In this document: positions 23,990 to 32,015 of the stretch, one piece after another
Layout of the letters: each line of letters starts with the position of its first letter
Position numbering within the stretch: the first letter of the stretch is position 1
Source of the DNA: Ostrea edulis
Lineage: Eukaryota
DNA length: 64,000 nt
Assembly (NCBI RefSeq): GCF_947568905.1
Contig: NC_079172.1
Location: forward strand, 30,070,001-30,134,000
Reading direction: 5' to 3'
Translations under genes and position numbers: made by a program
The notes under the pieces: generated by a model
What the model saw: only the letters and a program-made list of their open reading frames with translations
The model's database searches: none
What the model was told of the DNA's origin: nothing

Positions 23990-24434
23990 CACACAGTACG
24001 CCTGGAAACAAGAGGGAAAGAAAACGGCATGGTTTGCGGATAAGCAGATGTGTTTGATGCATTGTAAACAACACAAAACGTCCACACATCCTGTGTACTT
24101 GTACAAACGTATACTGATACCTCACGGATGGTCAGCCTTTATCATGAAGACCAAGTATCAAGAGTTTCGCTGGAAAGTCAAAGCCTTCTGGGGATTGATG
24201 GGACGACAAGACGAATCCGATTGGACCTTAAATGAGAGTCCTTGGTTTGACCATTCCGAGGACTGTCTCCGACATTTCAAAGACATGATCAATGAAGGTT
24301 ATGATGTAGCCGATTGCTGGGGAACCCGACACTATCTGGTGATGCGACGACGCTTAGTCCCGAGACGAACACTAGAGTTGGAAGACTCGGATGCGTTGAT
24401 GTGGGGTGGTGGTGGCCGCGATCAAGAAGAATGA
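23982..24434 (+). CDS. Unknown 150-aa protein with an internally duplicated WF..CL.H motif
   Basis: TATA 23941, ATG 23982, AATAAA ~24467. Confidence 0.7.
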   Translation: MANTQYAWKQEGKKTAWFADKQMCLMHCKQHKTSTHPVYLYKRILIPHGWSAFIMKTKYQEFRWKVKAFWGLMGRQDESDWTLNESPWFDHSEDCLRHFKDMINEGYDVADCWGTRHYLVMRRRLVPRRTLELEDSDALMWGGGGRDQEE

Positions 24435-24547
24435 ATTGAATGTATTGTCATGTTGTATGTTGTTTCAAATAAAAAATTGTGAAAAAACAAAACGGTGTTG
24501 TGTATAAATAGAGAAGGAAACAGAGACAGGGGCTCATTTAAGACATC

Positions 24548-25543
24548 ATGGCTGGAGGAGAAGGGTTTTACATGACTCTGTTGAGTGATGGGTCGATGGA
24601 ATCGTTTCCGACGAATACGACTGCTCAATTTAAAACGTTATTGCCACACACCATGGACTTAACGGATGGAGCATGGGAAGTCGGATTGACCGAAATGATG
24701 TACTCGGCCAACTTACAAAACGTATCGGATAGCGAGGCTTATGTGGACGTTCTCATTCCAGATCCGTATACGCAACATGTCCAAGATCCCAACACTTATA
24801 AATGGGAAAGATTTAAGACAGAGAATATGGGCAAAGTCACGATGGCCAGGTGTGAGGTGGTGGTCCCCTGGGATCTGACGCCATGGTCCCATCTCTTTGC
24901 GGGAGGGGATAGTTTATTTCCCTTCGATATCATTCGCATTCACTTTCGACCCGGAGCTTATACACAACCTTTGGCGTTAATCAATGAAATCAACGCAGCC
25001 TTAAGGAGAACCCTGTGGAAAGTATGGACCGAGTTAGGGAATCCTAACGACGAGGGGAACAACCAGATCTTAGTGTATCACCCCGAGTACGATCGTGTCG
25101 AGTATCAGTTTAATGGGAAAGCACTGAGATCCACCCCCATGTGCATTCGTTTCCCTACGCCCTTAGCGTACAAGCTAGGTCTGGATAGTGACAAAATGAT
25201 CCTGGGCCAAGAAACCATGACGAAATGGATCAACGTGAATTACTTGGGGAACACGACCATGGATGTCTACGACAATCTGAAAGCCATGTATGTGTATTGT
25301 GACATTGTGGATCCTCAAGTGGTGGGCACCAACAAATTGAAATTATTGAGAGTCGTCCCCTGTACGGCTCAATACGACGATCGACAACAAGCCCGTTGGG
25401 AACCGATTCGAGCCGAATATTTGAAACTGAGTAAGAAATATTTCGATACCATTGAGGTACACATCATGAATTCTTTAGGGCGTCCTATGGGGTTTTTAAA
25501 TGGGCGCTCCCTAGTCAAACTTCATTTCCGCAAAGTGTATTGA
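24548..25543 (+). CDS. mCP: Minor capsid (penton) protein
   Basis: FYMTLLSD.S...PTNT..QF..LP...WEVGL; MYVYCDIVDPQVVG..LLRVV. Confidence 0.92.
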   Translation: MAGGEGFYMTLLSDGSMESFPTNTTAQFKTLLPHTMDLTDGAWEVGLTEMMYSANLQNVSDSEAYVDVLIPDPYTQHVQDPNTYKWERFKTENMGKVTMARCEVVVPWDLTPWSHLFAGGDSLFPFDIIRIHFRPGAYTQPLALINEINAALRRTLWKVWTELGNPNDEGNNQILVYHPEYDRVEYQFNGKALRSTPMCIRFPTPLAYKLGLDSDKMILGQETMTKWINVNYLGNTTMDVYDNLKAMYVYCDIVDPQVVGTNKLKLLRVVPCTAQYDDRQQARWEPIRAEYLKLSKKYFDTIEVHIMNSLGRPMGFLNGRSLVKLHFRKVY

Positions 25544-25546
25544 AAG

Positions 25547-25690
25547 ATGAAGTACCATCGAGGAGTCAGACGCCAGAAAGGACACGGAATCTGGTTTCTC
25601 ATTCCGTGGATTGCCAATGCCATTGTGGGTCAAGCGGGGCAAGGAAAGAAGAGAAAGAGACGGCGTAAAAAGTATAAAAAGCGGGTGTAA
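25547..25690 (+). CDS. 47-aa basic peptide MKYHRGVRRQKGHGIWFLIPWIANAIVGQAGQGKKRKRRRKKYKKRV (not in the ORF track)
   Basis: ATG 3 nt after the penton stop; QKGHG motif, hydrophobic core, basic tail. Confidence 0.7.
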   Translation: MKYHRGVRRQKGHGIWFLIPWIANAIVGQAGQGKKRKRRRKKYKKRV

Positions 25691-25717
25691 CCCCTAACGA
25701 AGTTCATTTACATCAAG

Positions 25718-26410
25718 ATGCACTACCATAAAGGTTTAATACGGCAGCAGGGTCACGGGCTTGGAGCCCTGTTGGGAATAGCCAGCAAAGTGGCGGGTCC
25801 CCTGATCAGCGGATTATTAGGTGGATCCCCCGCACAACAGCAACAACAACAACAACGTCCTGTCTATCAAGAGAGATATTATGATTACGACCGCCCTTAT
25901 CGCTCTTATCGGAGGAGACGACGTAGAAGCCATCCAACAGAAGAATATGACCCAGAATCTGAAAAGCAGAAGGGAAAAGGATTTTTCACCGATTTACTCA
26001 AATCGGGGGCTAAAAGTGCCTTAAAGGCTGCTGCTAAAACAGGGATGGATGTGTTAGATAATAAACGATCACTCAAAGACGCTCTCAAGACACACGGTGC
26101 CCAAGCCCTGAAAGAGACAGCAGGGTATGCCCGTAGGCGAAAATCTCGAAAAGCCCCATCCAAACGAGGAAGAAAAGCGCGCACAGGAATACTCAGGAAG
26201 CCTGGAACCACGACCCTCAAAAGAAAACAGGTGGGAAAACAGGTGGGAATACAGGAAGGAAAAGGATTTGTTAAAAGAAAACAACGTATCTTAGCTCGGG
26301 GAGGGCCTCATAAGAGACCTAGGAAGCAACCTAGGAAGCGATCTAGGAAGGGAGGTAGGAAGCTAGTGAAAAGGGGTAAGCCAAAACGCTCTCTGGATAT
26401 TTTCGACTGA
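25718..26410 (+). CDS. Basic core/membrane-lytic precursor (PZ-like)
   Basis: QQGHGLG, QKGKGFF, QEGKGFV motifs, amphipathic helices, Arg/Lys-rich; located before MCP. Confidence 0.8.
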   Translation: MHYHKGLIRQQGHGLGALLGIASKVAGPLISGLLGGSPAQQQQQQQRPVYQERYYDYDRPYRSYRRRRRRSHPTEEYDPESEKQKGKGFFTDLLKSGAKSALKAAAKTGMDVLDNKRSLKDALKTHGAQALKETAGYARRRKSRKAPSKRGRKARTGILRKPGTTTLKRKQVGKQVGIQEGKGFVKRKQRILARGGPHKRPRKQPRKRSRKGGRKLVKRGKPKRSLDIFD

Positions 26411-26489
26411 GAACCCTATAAAAAGGGAGTGAGAAGGAGCCCAGAACACATTTGATGCCAGTTCACGCTGAGTAACACATCGTTCCAAT

Positions 26490-27893
26490 ATGATGCACCG
26501 AGAATCTTGCGCTTGTGGCACCAGCAGTTTAGAACTGTTTAAAGTGCCCCCGACCAACGTCACTTTAGAAGATTCGAAATGGATGGAATATTATCCCATT
26601 TCCAGTACCCTCAACTCGGATACGGCTCCGATTGAATTTGAAATCAAAGGACAAGGAGATGAATATCTGGATTTATCCCAAACTTATCTCCAGATGGTAT
26701 GTAAATTCACGAAAGCCAATGGAACGAATCTCGCAGGAGGCAATTCGACCTCCACCCCCGTGAATAACATTCTCCATTCCTTGTTCAGTGAAATCGATGT
26801 CAGTCTCAATGGAAAAGTCATTACCCCGGGGACGGATACTTATCCCTACAAAGCGTATCTGGAGAAATTGTTGTCTTATGCACCCAAGACTCTGGAAACC
26901 CAGATGAGAGCCTGTAGCTTGTGGGAAAAAGATACGGCAGGACATATGGATGAGGTCAAATTAGAAGCTCTGGCTCAAACTCCTGTGGAATTTGCAGTAG
27001 TGTCTAACAAAGTCAACATCGCGGCCGTCATCCCGACTCCCGAGTATCCGGATGATTCCAAGAATGTAGGGTTGAGAAAACGTCACGAGAAGATTACAGA
27101 CAGTAAGGAGATCGTGTTGATGGATCGATTACATCTGGATTTGTTTGAGCAAGAGAAATGTCTCCCTAATGGCTTGGATGTCCGTCTCAGATTCAATCGC
27201 GCTCGACCCCAGTTCTACATGATGACCGCTGCCGGGAGTAGTGGGAAAGTGGCCATTCAAAGTATGATCTTGTGGGTGAGGAAAGTCAAACCTGTGCCGA
27301 GTATCATTAATCTCATCAATCAGCAACTGAGTACTCAAACGGCGAAATATCCATTGAGACGAGTGGAAGTGAAAACCTTCACCATTCCTAGTGGCACCCA
27401 ATCTAAAATCACCGATCATCTGTTTCAAGGACAGATGCCTAAACTGATCGTGTTGGGCTTTGTGGACAATGCGGCTTTTAATGGGGATAATACCAGAAAC
27501 CCCTTTCATTTCCAAAATGAGAGAGTCAAGAAATTAGAAATCAGTATCAATGGAGAAATGATGGAAACCCGACCTTTGGAACCTAATTTCACCGACGATC
27601 AGTACCTGAGATCGTATTTGAGTCTGTACAAAGGCTTGGGAAAATTAGGTCAGGACTGGGCTCCGGACATTACCCTGGAAGAGTATAAAAACGGTTACAC
27701 CCTCTGGTGTGTGGATTTCACGAAAGATCAAGAAGCCCAGACGGATAAATTTCATCTCATACAGACGGGGAACTTGAGAGTGGAAGTGCAATTTGCCGCC
27801 AACGTAGCCAGGACCTTAAACTGTGTGGTGTATGCCGTGTTCGACAATCTGCTAGAAATCAACAAACAACGAGAAGTCAGTATCGATTACTAA
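26490..27893 (+). CDS. MCP: Double jelly-roll major capsid protein (467 aa)
   Basis: C..SSLELF.VPPT; YLDLSQTYL; [10 protein letters not shown]; P..IVLGFV; GNLRVEV.F. Confidence 0.96.
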   Translation: MMHRESCACGTSSLELFKVPPTNVTLEDSKWMEYYPISSTLNSDTAPIEFEIKGQGDEYLDLSQTYLQMVCKFTKANGTNLAGGNSTSTPVNNILHSLFSEIDVSLNGKVITPGTDTYPYKAYLEKLLSYAPKTLETQMRACSLWEKDTAGHMDEVKLEALAQTPVEFAVVSNKVNIAAVIPTPEYPDDSKNVGLRKRHEKITDSKEIVLMDRLHLDLFEQEKCLPNGLDVRLRFNRARPQFYMMTAAGSSGKVAIQSMILWVRKVKPVPSIINLINQQLSTQTAKYPLRRVEVKTFTIPSGTQSKITDHLFQGQMPKLIVLGFVDNAAFNGDNTRNPFHFQNERVKKLEISINGEMMETRPLEPNFTDDQYLRSYLSLYKGLGKLGQDWAPDITLEEYKNGYTLWCVDFTKDQEAQTDKFHLIQTGNLRVEVQFAANVARTLNCVVYAVFDNLLEINKQREVSIDY

Positions 27894-27900
27894 GAGAGAG

Positions 27901-28398
27901 ATGGATACTCAGCAATTGAGAGATGTTTTACAACGAGATTTAGGACCGGCGTTTGCCGGTGTGTATCCTCGAGATGTCATACCTGAGCTGTTACCTCATC
28001 ACAAAGCCATCGTGGTGAATACAGACCCTCACGATCGCCCTGGAGCGCATTGGGTCTGTTTGTATTTGAGTAGCCCTACCGTCGAATATTTTGATTCTTA
28101 CGGATTACCTCCCAGCCATAAAGACATCCAAGACTTTATTCAACGCCACGGAGAGACTTGGATTCATAACACCCATTGTTATCAAGATTTGAATACGGAT
28201 GTCTGTGGACAATACTGTGTGTATTTTTTACATCAACGCCATCGCCATAGAAGCACCGTACGAGAATGGTTACTTCCCTGGAAAGGCACGGCCTTACAAC
28301 GCGATCGTTTTGTGGCGGATTGGTTTAAAGAGACCTTCCGTAAACCGAGAACCCATCAAGGACAAACTTGTCAATGTCAAAGACTGAATGTATTGTAA
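27901..28398 (+). CDS. Adenain-like cysteine maturation protease
   Basis: NTD..PGAHWV, YFDSYG, Q..TDVCGQYC catalytic motifs. Confidence 0.95.
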   Translation: MDTQQLRDVLQRDLGPAFAGVYPRDVIPELLPHHKAIVVNTDPHDRPGAHWVCLYLSSPTVEYFDSYGLPPSHKDIQDFIQRHGETWIHNTHCYQDLNTDVCGQYCVYFLHQRHRHRSTVREWLLPWKGTALQRDRFVADWFKETFRKPRTHQGQTCQCQRLNVL

Positions 28399-28500
28399 AC
28401 TATGTTATTGTTATTGTTCATAGTTGGAGTTTAATAAAACGTTGGAAAAAAAAAATTTCTTGTCATTGTAATCAACCATGTCTTTTCAAAAAGAATGGGT

Positions 28501-28516
28501 AGCCCTGAAAAGGGCT
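28501..28516 (-). terminator. Histone-mRNA-type 3' stem-loop AGCCCT-TTTC-AGGGCT followed by ACCCA and HDE-like GAAAAGAC
   Basis: Minus strand AAAAC AGCCCTTTTCAGGGCT ACCCA TTCTTTTT GAAAAGAC, 94 nt after the stop of 28611-28907. Confidence 0.8.
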
Positions 28517-28610
28517 GTTTTCTTTCTCTCTCTGTTCTTGGTCTTTTCTCTTCTTCTTCTCTCTTCTCCTTCTTCTCCTTCTCTTCTTCTTCTTTTCTTC
28601 TCGGTCCCCC

Positions 28611-28907
28611 TCACTGTCTGTTCTTCTTCTTCTTTCTTCTCTTCTTTTTCTGCTCCTCCGGGGGTTGCTCGTGGTCAAACACAAAAACGGGCAACCACCC
28701 GTGTTTAAAAAACAATCTCCCCGGAGGCCGCTGTACCACTTCTAACTCTGCGTCCCAGTTTTCTTCTGGCGGGGGCAGATCCTGGCTCATGGGCGGTGGG
28801 GGAAGAGCCTCCCGTGAGGCCGGCGGGGTAATCTCTTGCTCCCAATCCTCCTCCCATTTGATACAATAATCATTCACCGTAGGGTCTGGTCCTACTCTGC
28901 GGCTCAT
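28611..28907 (-). CDS. Unknown acidic/Pro-rich 98-aa protein with a basic NLS-like tail
   Basis: ATG-initiated, shared promoter motif upstream, stem-loop downstream. Confidence 0.65.
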   Translation of the reverse strand: MSRRVGPDPTVNDYCIKWEEDWEQEITPPASREALPPPPMSQDLPPPEENWDAELEVVQRPPGRLFFKHGWLPVFVFDHEQPPEEQKKKRRKKKKNRQ

Positions 28908-28973
28908 GGTTCTGGTTCCTTTAAAAAATCGGAATGCCCGATTTTGACGTTGCGCTCGGTTTAAAAAGGCGAG

Positions 28974-29034
28974 AGCGCGGACGTCCTCGAAAACATCCCC
29001 TACCTCAGATGGCTGACGTCATGTTGATGACTCA
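28974..29034. promoter_or_regulatory. Divergent promoter: 26-bp motif copy 1, CRE TGACGTCA (29014-29021), AP-1 TGACTCA (29028-29034)
   Basis: AGCGCGGACGTCCTCGAAAACATCCC matches 30705-30730 at 25/26. Confidence 0.65.
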
Positions 29035-29082
29035 TCAAAAAACACTATATACATAGGTCACTTGTTACCATTTTTCTCAATC

Positions 29083-29484
29083 ATGTCGTTTGAACGGTAC
29101 GCGGATGATGAGAATGATGTACTAGTGTGTGGGTATTGCCGAGGACCTTGGAGCACTTGTGGCTGTTTTCATTATAAAAAAGAAAACATCCTGGCCAAAC
29201 AGAAGTGGATAGAGAGATTGGCAGAGCTGACGTATTATCCCTTTGTCTATAAATGTTGTGGTCACACTAGAGAACCCTGGCTAGAGTGTAAGTGTCCGCA
29301 ACATTGTACCATCACCCCTGAAGAAGAAATAGTGCATAAGGACTGTACCTGTGAGATCTGTCAGGAGTTTAGAGAGCGCTGGACTCATAGAAAGTTTGAT
29401 CCCCGGCTGTTTCAACATTGTCCTTACAGTCAAGAACCCCGGTCAACGTGTACCTGTGAGACCTGTCAACCAGCATGTCGGTGA
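29083..29484 (+). CDS. Cys-rich putative metal-binding protein (133 aa)
   Basis: CGYC, CGC, CC, CKC, CTCEIC, CTCETC clusters; TATA ~29046. Confidence 0.7.
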   Translation: MSFERYADDENDVLVCGYCRGPWSTCGCFHYKKENILAKQKWIERLAELTYYPFVYKCCGHTREPWLECKCPQHCTITPEEEIVHKDCTCEICQEFRERWTHRKFDPRLFQHCPYSQEPRSTCTCETCQPACR

Positions 29485-29663
29485 CGGATCTACGAGGAGA
29501 TGTATTATCTCTACCTTGGGTGGATGCTATTGTACAACAATGTAACTGTTTAACGGTGAAACCTCATGGATTAGCCGGAGGCAATTGGACTCATTATAGA
29601 CAATGGATTTGTGACTTTGCTTATCAGTATCATAAACATGTGTACATTGTCAAGAAAATGTAA
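29475..29663 (+). pseudogene. Internally deleted macrodomain (62 aa)
   Basis: N-terminal GDVL..DAIVQQCNC..PHGLA fused directly to C-terminal GLAGGNW..Y..I..FA..VYIV. Confidence 0.7.
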
Positions 29664-29775
29664 CTTTATTATAGCTTTATTCTAGCTATTACTTGTGTTA
29701 ATAAAAACTTTTTTAAAACAAACTTGTGTGTTTCTTGATTTTTGCCATAAAAAGTGTCTTTTCAAAAAAGTTGGT

Positions 29776-29791
29776 GGCCCTGAAAAGGGCC
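29776..29791 (-). terminator. Canonical histone-mRNA 3' stem-loop GGCCCT-TTTC-AGGGCC with CCAAAC/ACCAA flanks and HDE-like GAAAAGAC
   Basis: Minus strand CCAAAC GGCCCTTTTCAGGGCC ACCAA CTTTTTT GAAAAGAC, 22 nt after the stop of 29814-30602. Confidence 0.9.
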
Positions 29792-29813
29792 GTTTGGTCC
29801 TAAGGACCGACTT

Positions 29814-30602
29814 TCATTCCCTGGTTCCGGTAAACCGGCATAACGGGCACCGTCCCCGGGTGTGTCGCCGCTCCTGTAACTCTTCCACGCACGAGCAGCA
29901 AGCTGGGCGTTGCCCACATCCCCTGCACGTGATACCAGAGTGTACCCTGTCTTGCCAGCAGACAGGGCACTTAAACCAAATGGGAACCGCCCTATCTGCC
30001 CAGCCAGGGACAGTCATAGGGTGGTTCCTCGGGGGATGAGTTGCCACCGGTGCGTGGGTTGGTCTCGGTGGCGGAGTCCTCCCTGCAAACCGGATGGTAG
30101 GTGGTGGGGGTCTTGCAGGGGCTGCCGGTCTCGGTGGTGATGACGTGGCTGCCACCAGCAGCGACGGACTCTGGGCTGGACTGGGAGGTGGTGCGGGGGA
30201 CGGTGACCGCGGTGAATACTCCACCGGTGACGCTGGTGAGTCGCTCATCGGCACCGGGCTGTATTCCACTGGTGCCGATGGGATCGCTGGTGGTGGTGTT
30301 GTAGGCGTCGCCGGGGAGTAAGGTGGTGGTGGTGAGGGTGGCTGTGGGGCCCGTCGGCGCGGTCTCGTGGCCGTGGAGATCCGGGCGGTGCGGCGGCGGG
30401 GTGCCCTCCCTTCATACTCGGCCCGCACCCGGCAGATGATCTCACGGACCCCACTCTGGTCGAAAGGGGAGAAGGTGCTCAGGTCGTTCTCAGAACGCAC
30501 GACCCAATTCTCCCCTACCCGTTCCTCAGCCACCACTACCAGCCGGTACCGGAATCCAGGCAAGGTCTGAAAATTGTAGAGCGGGTCTCTTCTTGTAGCC
30601 AT
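29814..30602 (-). CDS. Pro-rich protein with C-terminal RING-like Zn finger (putative E3 ligase)
   Basis: CPVC-x-CRGC..CCSC-x-CPLC; PPPPY and YSP repeats; visibly GC-rich. Confidence 0.8.
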   Translation of the reverse strand: MATRRDPLYNFQTLPGFRYRLVVVAEERVGENWVVRSENDLSTFSPFDQSGVREIICRVRAEYEGRAPRRRTARISTATRPRRRAPQPPSPPPPYSPATPTTPPPAIPSAPVEYSPVPMSDSPASPVEYSPRSPSPAPPPSPAQSPSLLVAATSSPPRPAAPARPPPPTIRFAGRTPPPRPTHAPVATHPPRNHPMTVPGWADRAVPIWFKCPVCWQDRVHSGITCRGCGQRPACCSCVEELQERRHTRGRCPLCRFTGTRE

Positions 30603-30704
30603 TCTTCTTTCTTCTTTCTTCTTTAAAATCCTTCAAAAATCTTCTATAACTGTGCTGGATCACCAGTGAAGCAAACTGGCGAGTGCGCCGGTATATATCG
30701 GGAA

Positions 30705-30780
30705 AGCGCGGACCTCCTCGAAAACATCCCTCGCTTCGGAGACGAAGCCAAGATGGTGGCCGTCAAAATGGCGGATTTGT
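30705..30780. promoter_or_regulatory. 26-bp motif copy 2 plus YY1-like AAGATGGTGGCC / AAAATGGCGG, upstream of a TATA-like box (~30692-30698) for the RING gene
   Basis: AGCGCGGACCTCCTCGAAAACATCCC at 30705-30730. Confidence 0.6.
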
Positions 30781-31165
30781 GCTTTCGAGTAGAGAGTTTT
30801 TTCTCATTGTCTTTTTCTAGACATTCGATATCTGTGCAAGGTAGATTTAATCTGATAGATTCTGAGACGGCGAATGCGTTAAACTTATTTTTATTTTGCT
30901 ACGTCGCATAGTTTTCAAAGAAACAGAGGTTAAAGAGGTCGAGTCGAGGTTCAATGTTTCTTCACCCCCTCTTTAAAAATTTATTTCTCGACCATGTACA
31001 TCCCTAAAAACATCTCATAAGGTCTATTCGATAGAAAACACCTTATTTGATTCGATTTTCACTCTACCTTTAGGATTTTCTGGATTCCTCAACAAATAAA
31101 CCCTTCTCTGAGAGACTCAACCAAACACAGCTTTCGTGTAAACAATTTTATTCATGTCACATATT

Positions 31166-31384
31166 TCAAATACATAACTCCCACACACAACACCAATTCA
31201 CATGTCTTTTTAAAATAGGGTCCAACATTTTTTCCATTTCTCGAATCCTGCGTTGAAATCGATAGCGATCAGCGGCTACAGTCATCCAGATACTTGTCCG
31301 GTCTTCTTCGGGTAACAGATGCACTTCATTTTGATCCAGATTAAAAGTCACACGTTTAACTTGACGTACATCTCTCGAAGACAT
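31166..31384 (-). CDS. DP71L/ICP34.5/GADD34-like PP1-eIF2alpha adaptor (72 aa)
   Basis: RVxF motif KRVTF plus R..W...AADRYRFQRRI..ME..L..IL; AATAAA 15 nt after the stop. Confidence 0.88.
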   Translation of the reverse strand: MSSRDVRQVKRVTFNLDQNEVHLLPEEDRTSIWMTVAADRYRFQRRIREMEKMLDPILKRHVNWCCVWELCI

Positions 31385-31653
31385 CGTAGTCTGATTTTCT
31401 CGATTTCTGCTCTGTCTGTGGGTCGAATTCGTTTCAATTCCTGGCCCATTAAATGAATCAGTACTAAGGCTTGCGGGGTGATCCGGTTCTCGATCAAATA
31501 CTGACAGAGACATGGATAGTCCTTTAAGCTGATGGGAAATAATTCTTCTCGCATATAGTGTAACACAAATTCAAACTGCCCAGAATGAATGTCTGTGAGA
31601 TAATCCAATACATAAACTATCGCTTTCTCTGTGATGTGGTCACTGCTGGCCAT
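31348..31653 (-). CDS. Helical multigene-family member A (probable divergent Bcl-2 fold), 101 aa
   Basis: FPISLKDY..LVLIHLMGQELKR.P..EIE; DNA around the start nearly identical to member B. Confidence 0.65.
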   Translation of the reverse strand: MASSDHITEKAIVYVLDYLTDIHSGQFEFVLHYMREELFPISLKDYPCLCQYLIENRITPQALVLIHLMGQELKRIRPTDRAEIEKIRLRCLREMYVKLNV

Positions 31654-31987
31654 CCTCCGGGAATAAATGAAATGAATTAAGTTCTTCACACTTTATGTAT
31701 ACTTCTCGAAGCCAGTCCTTGGTGATACTTTCAATCTCGGCGGTTTTTTCAGGCATGCGTTTCTTGAATTCCTCCCCCGCGACATAAATTAACATCAACC
31801 CCGCATCGTTATAGAGATTGATGTACACATGGTTCCGTAGATCTGTATATTCGTCCAGAGTCATTGGAAACACCCCCGCTATCAGATAATTTTTAACAGC
31901 TTGAAACACCGTATCGTCTTGCATTTTCTCCACCCATTCTAATGCATGGTTATGCGCTTTTTCTGCGATGTTGTCACTGCTGGCCAT
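31640..31987 (-). CDS. Helical multigene-family member B (probable divergent Bcl-2 fold), 115 aa
   Basis: FPMTLDEY..NDAGLMLIYVAGEEFKKRMPEK..EIE..WLREVY. Confidence 0.65.
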   Translation of the reverse strand: MASSDNIAEKAHNHALEWVEKMQDDTVFQAVKNYLIAGVFPMTLDEYTDLRNHVYINLYNDAGLMLIYVAGEEFKKRMPEKTAEIESITKDWLREVYIKCEELNSFHLFPEDGQQ

Positions 31988-32015
31988 CCTCCAGGAATAA
32001 AGGAAAAGAAAACGG

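Noticed and set aside
28472-28869. Overlapping ORFs over the polypurine tract, or a frameshift extension of 28611-28907
   Set aside because: Low complexity; the alternative frame runs through the histone-type hairpin, which fits a 3' UTR better
29910-30570. Several plus-strand Gly/Arg-rich ORFs
   Set aside because: Antisense shadows of the GC-rich RING ORF
31385-31513. N-terminal extension of the DP71L-like ORF in the track
   Set aside because: Overlaps paralog A in another frame; the ATG at 31384 gives a DP71L-sized protein
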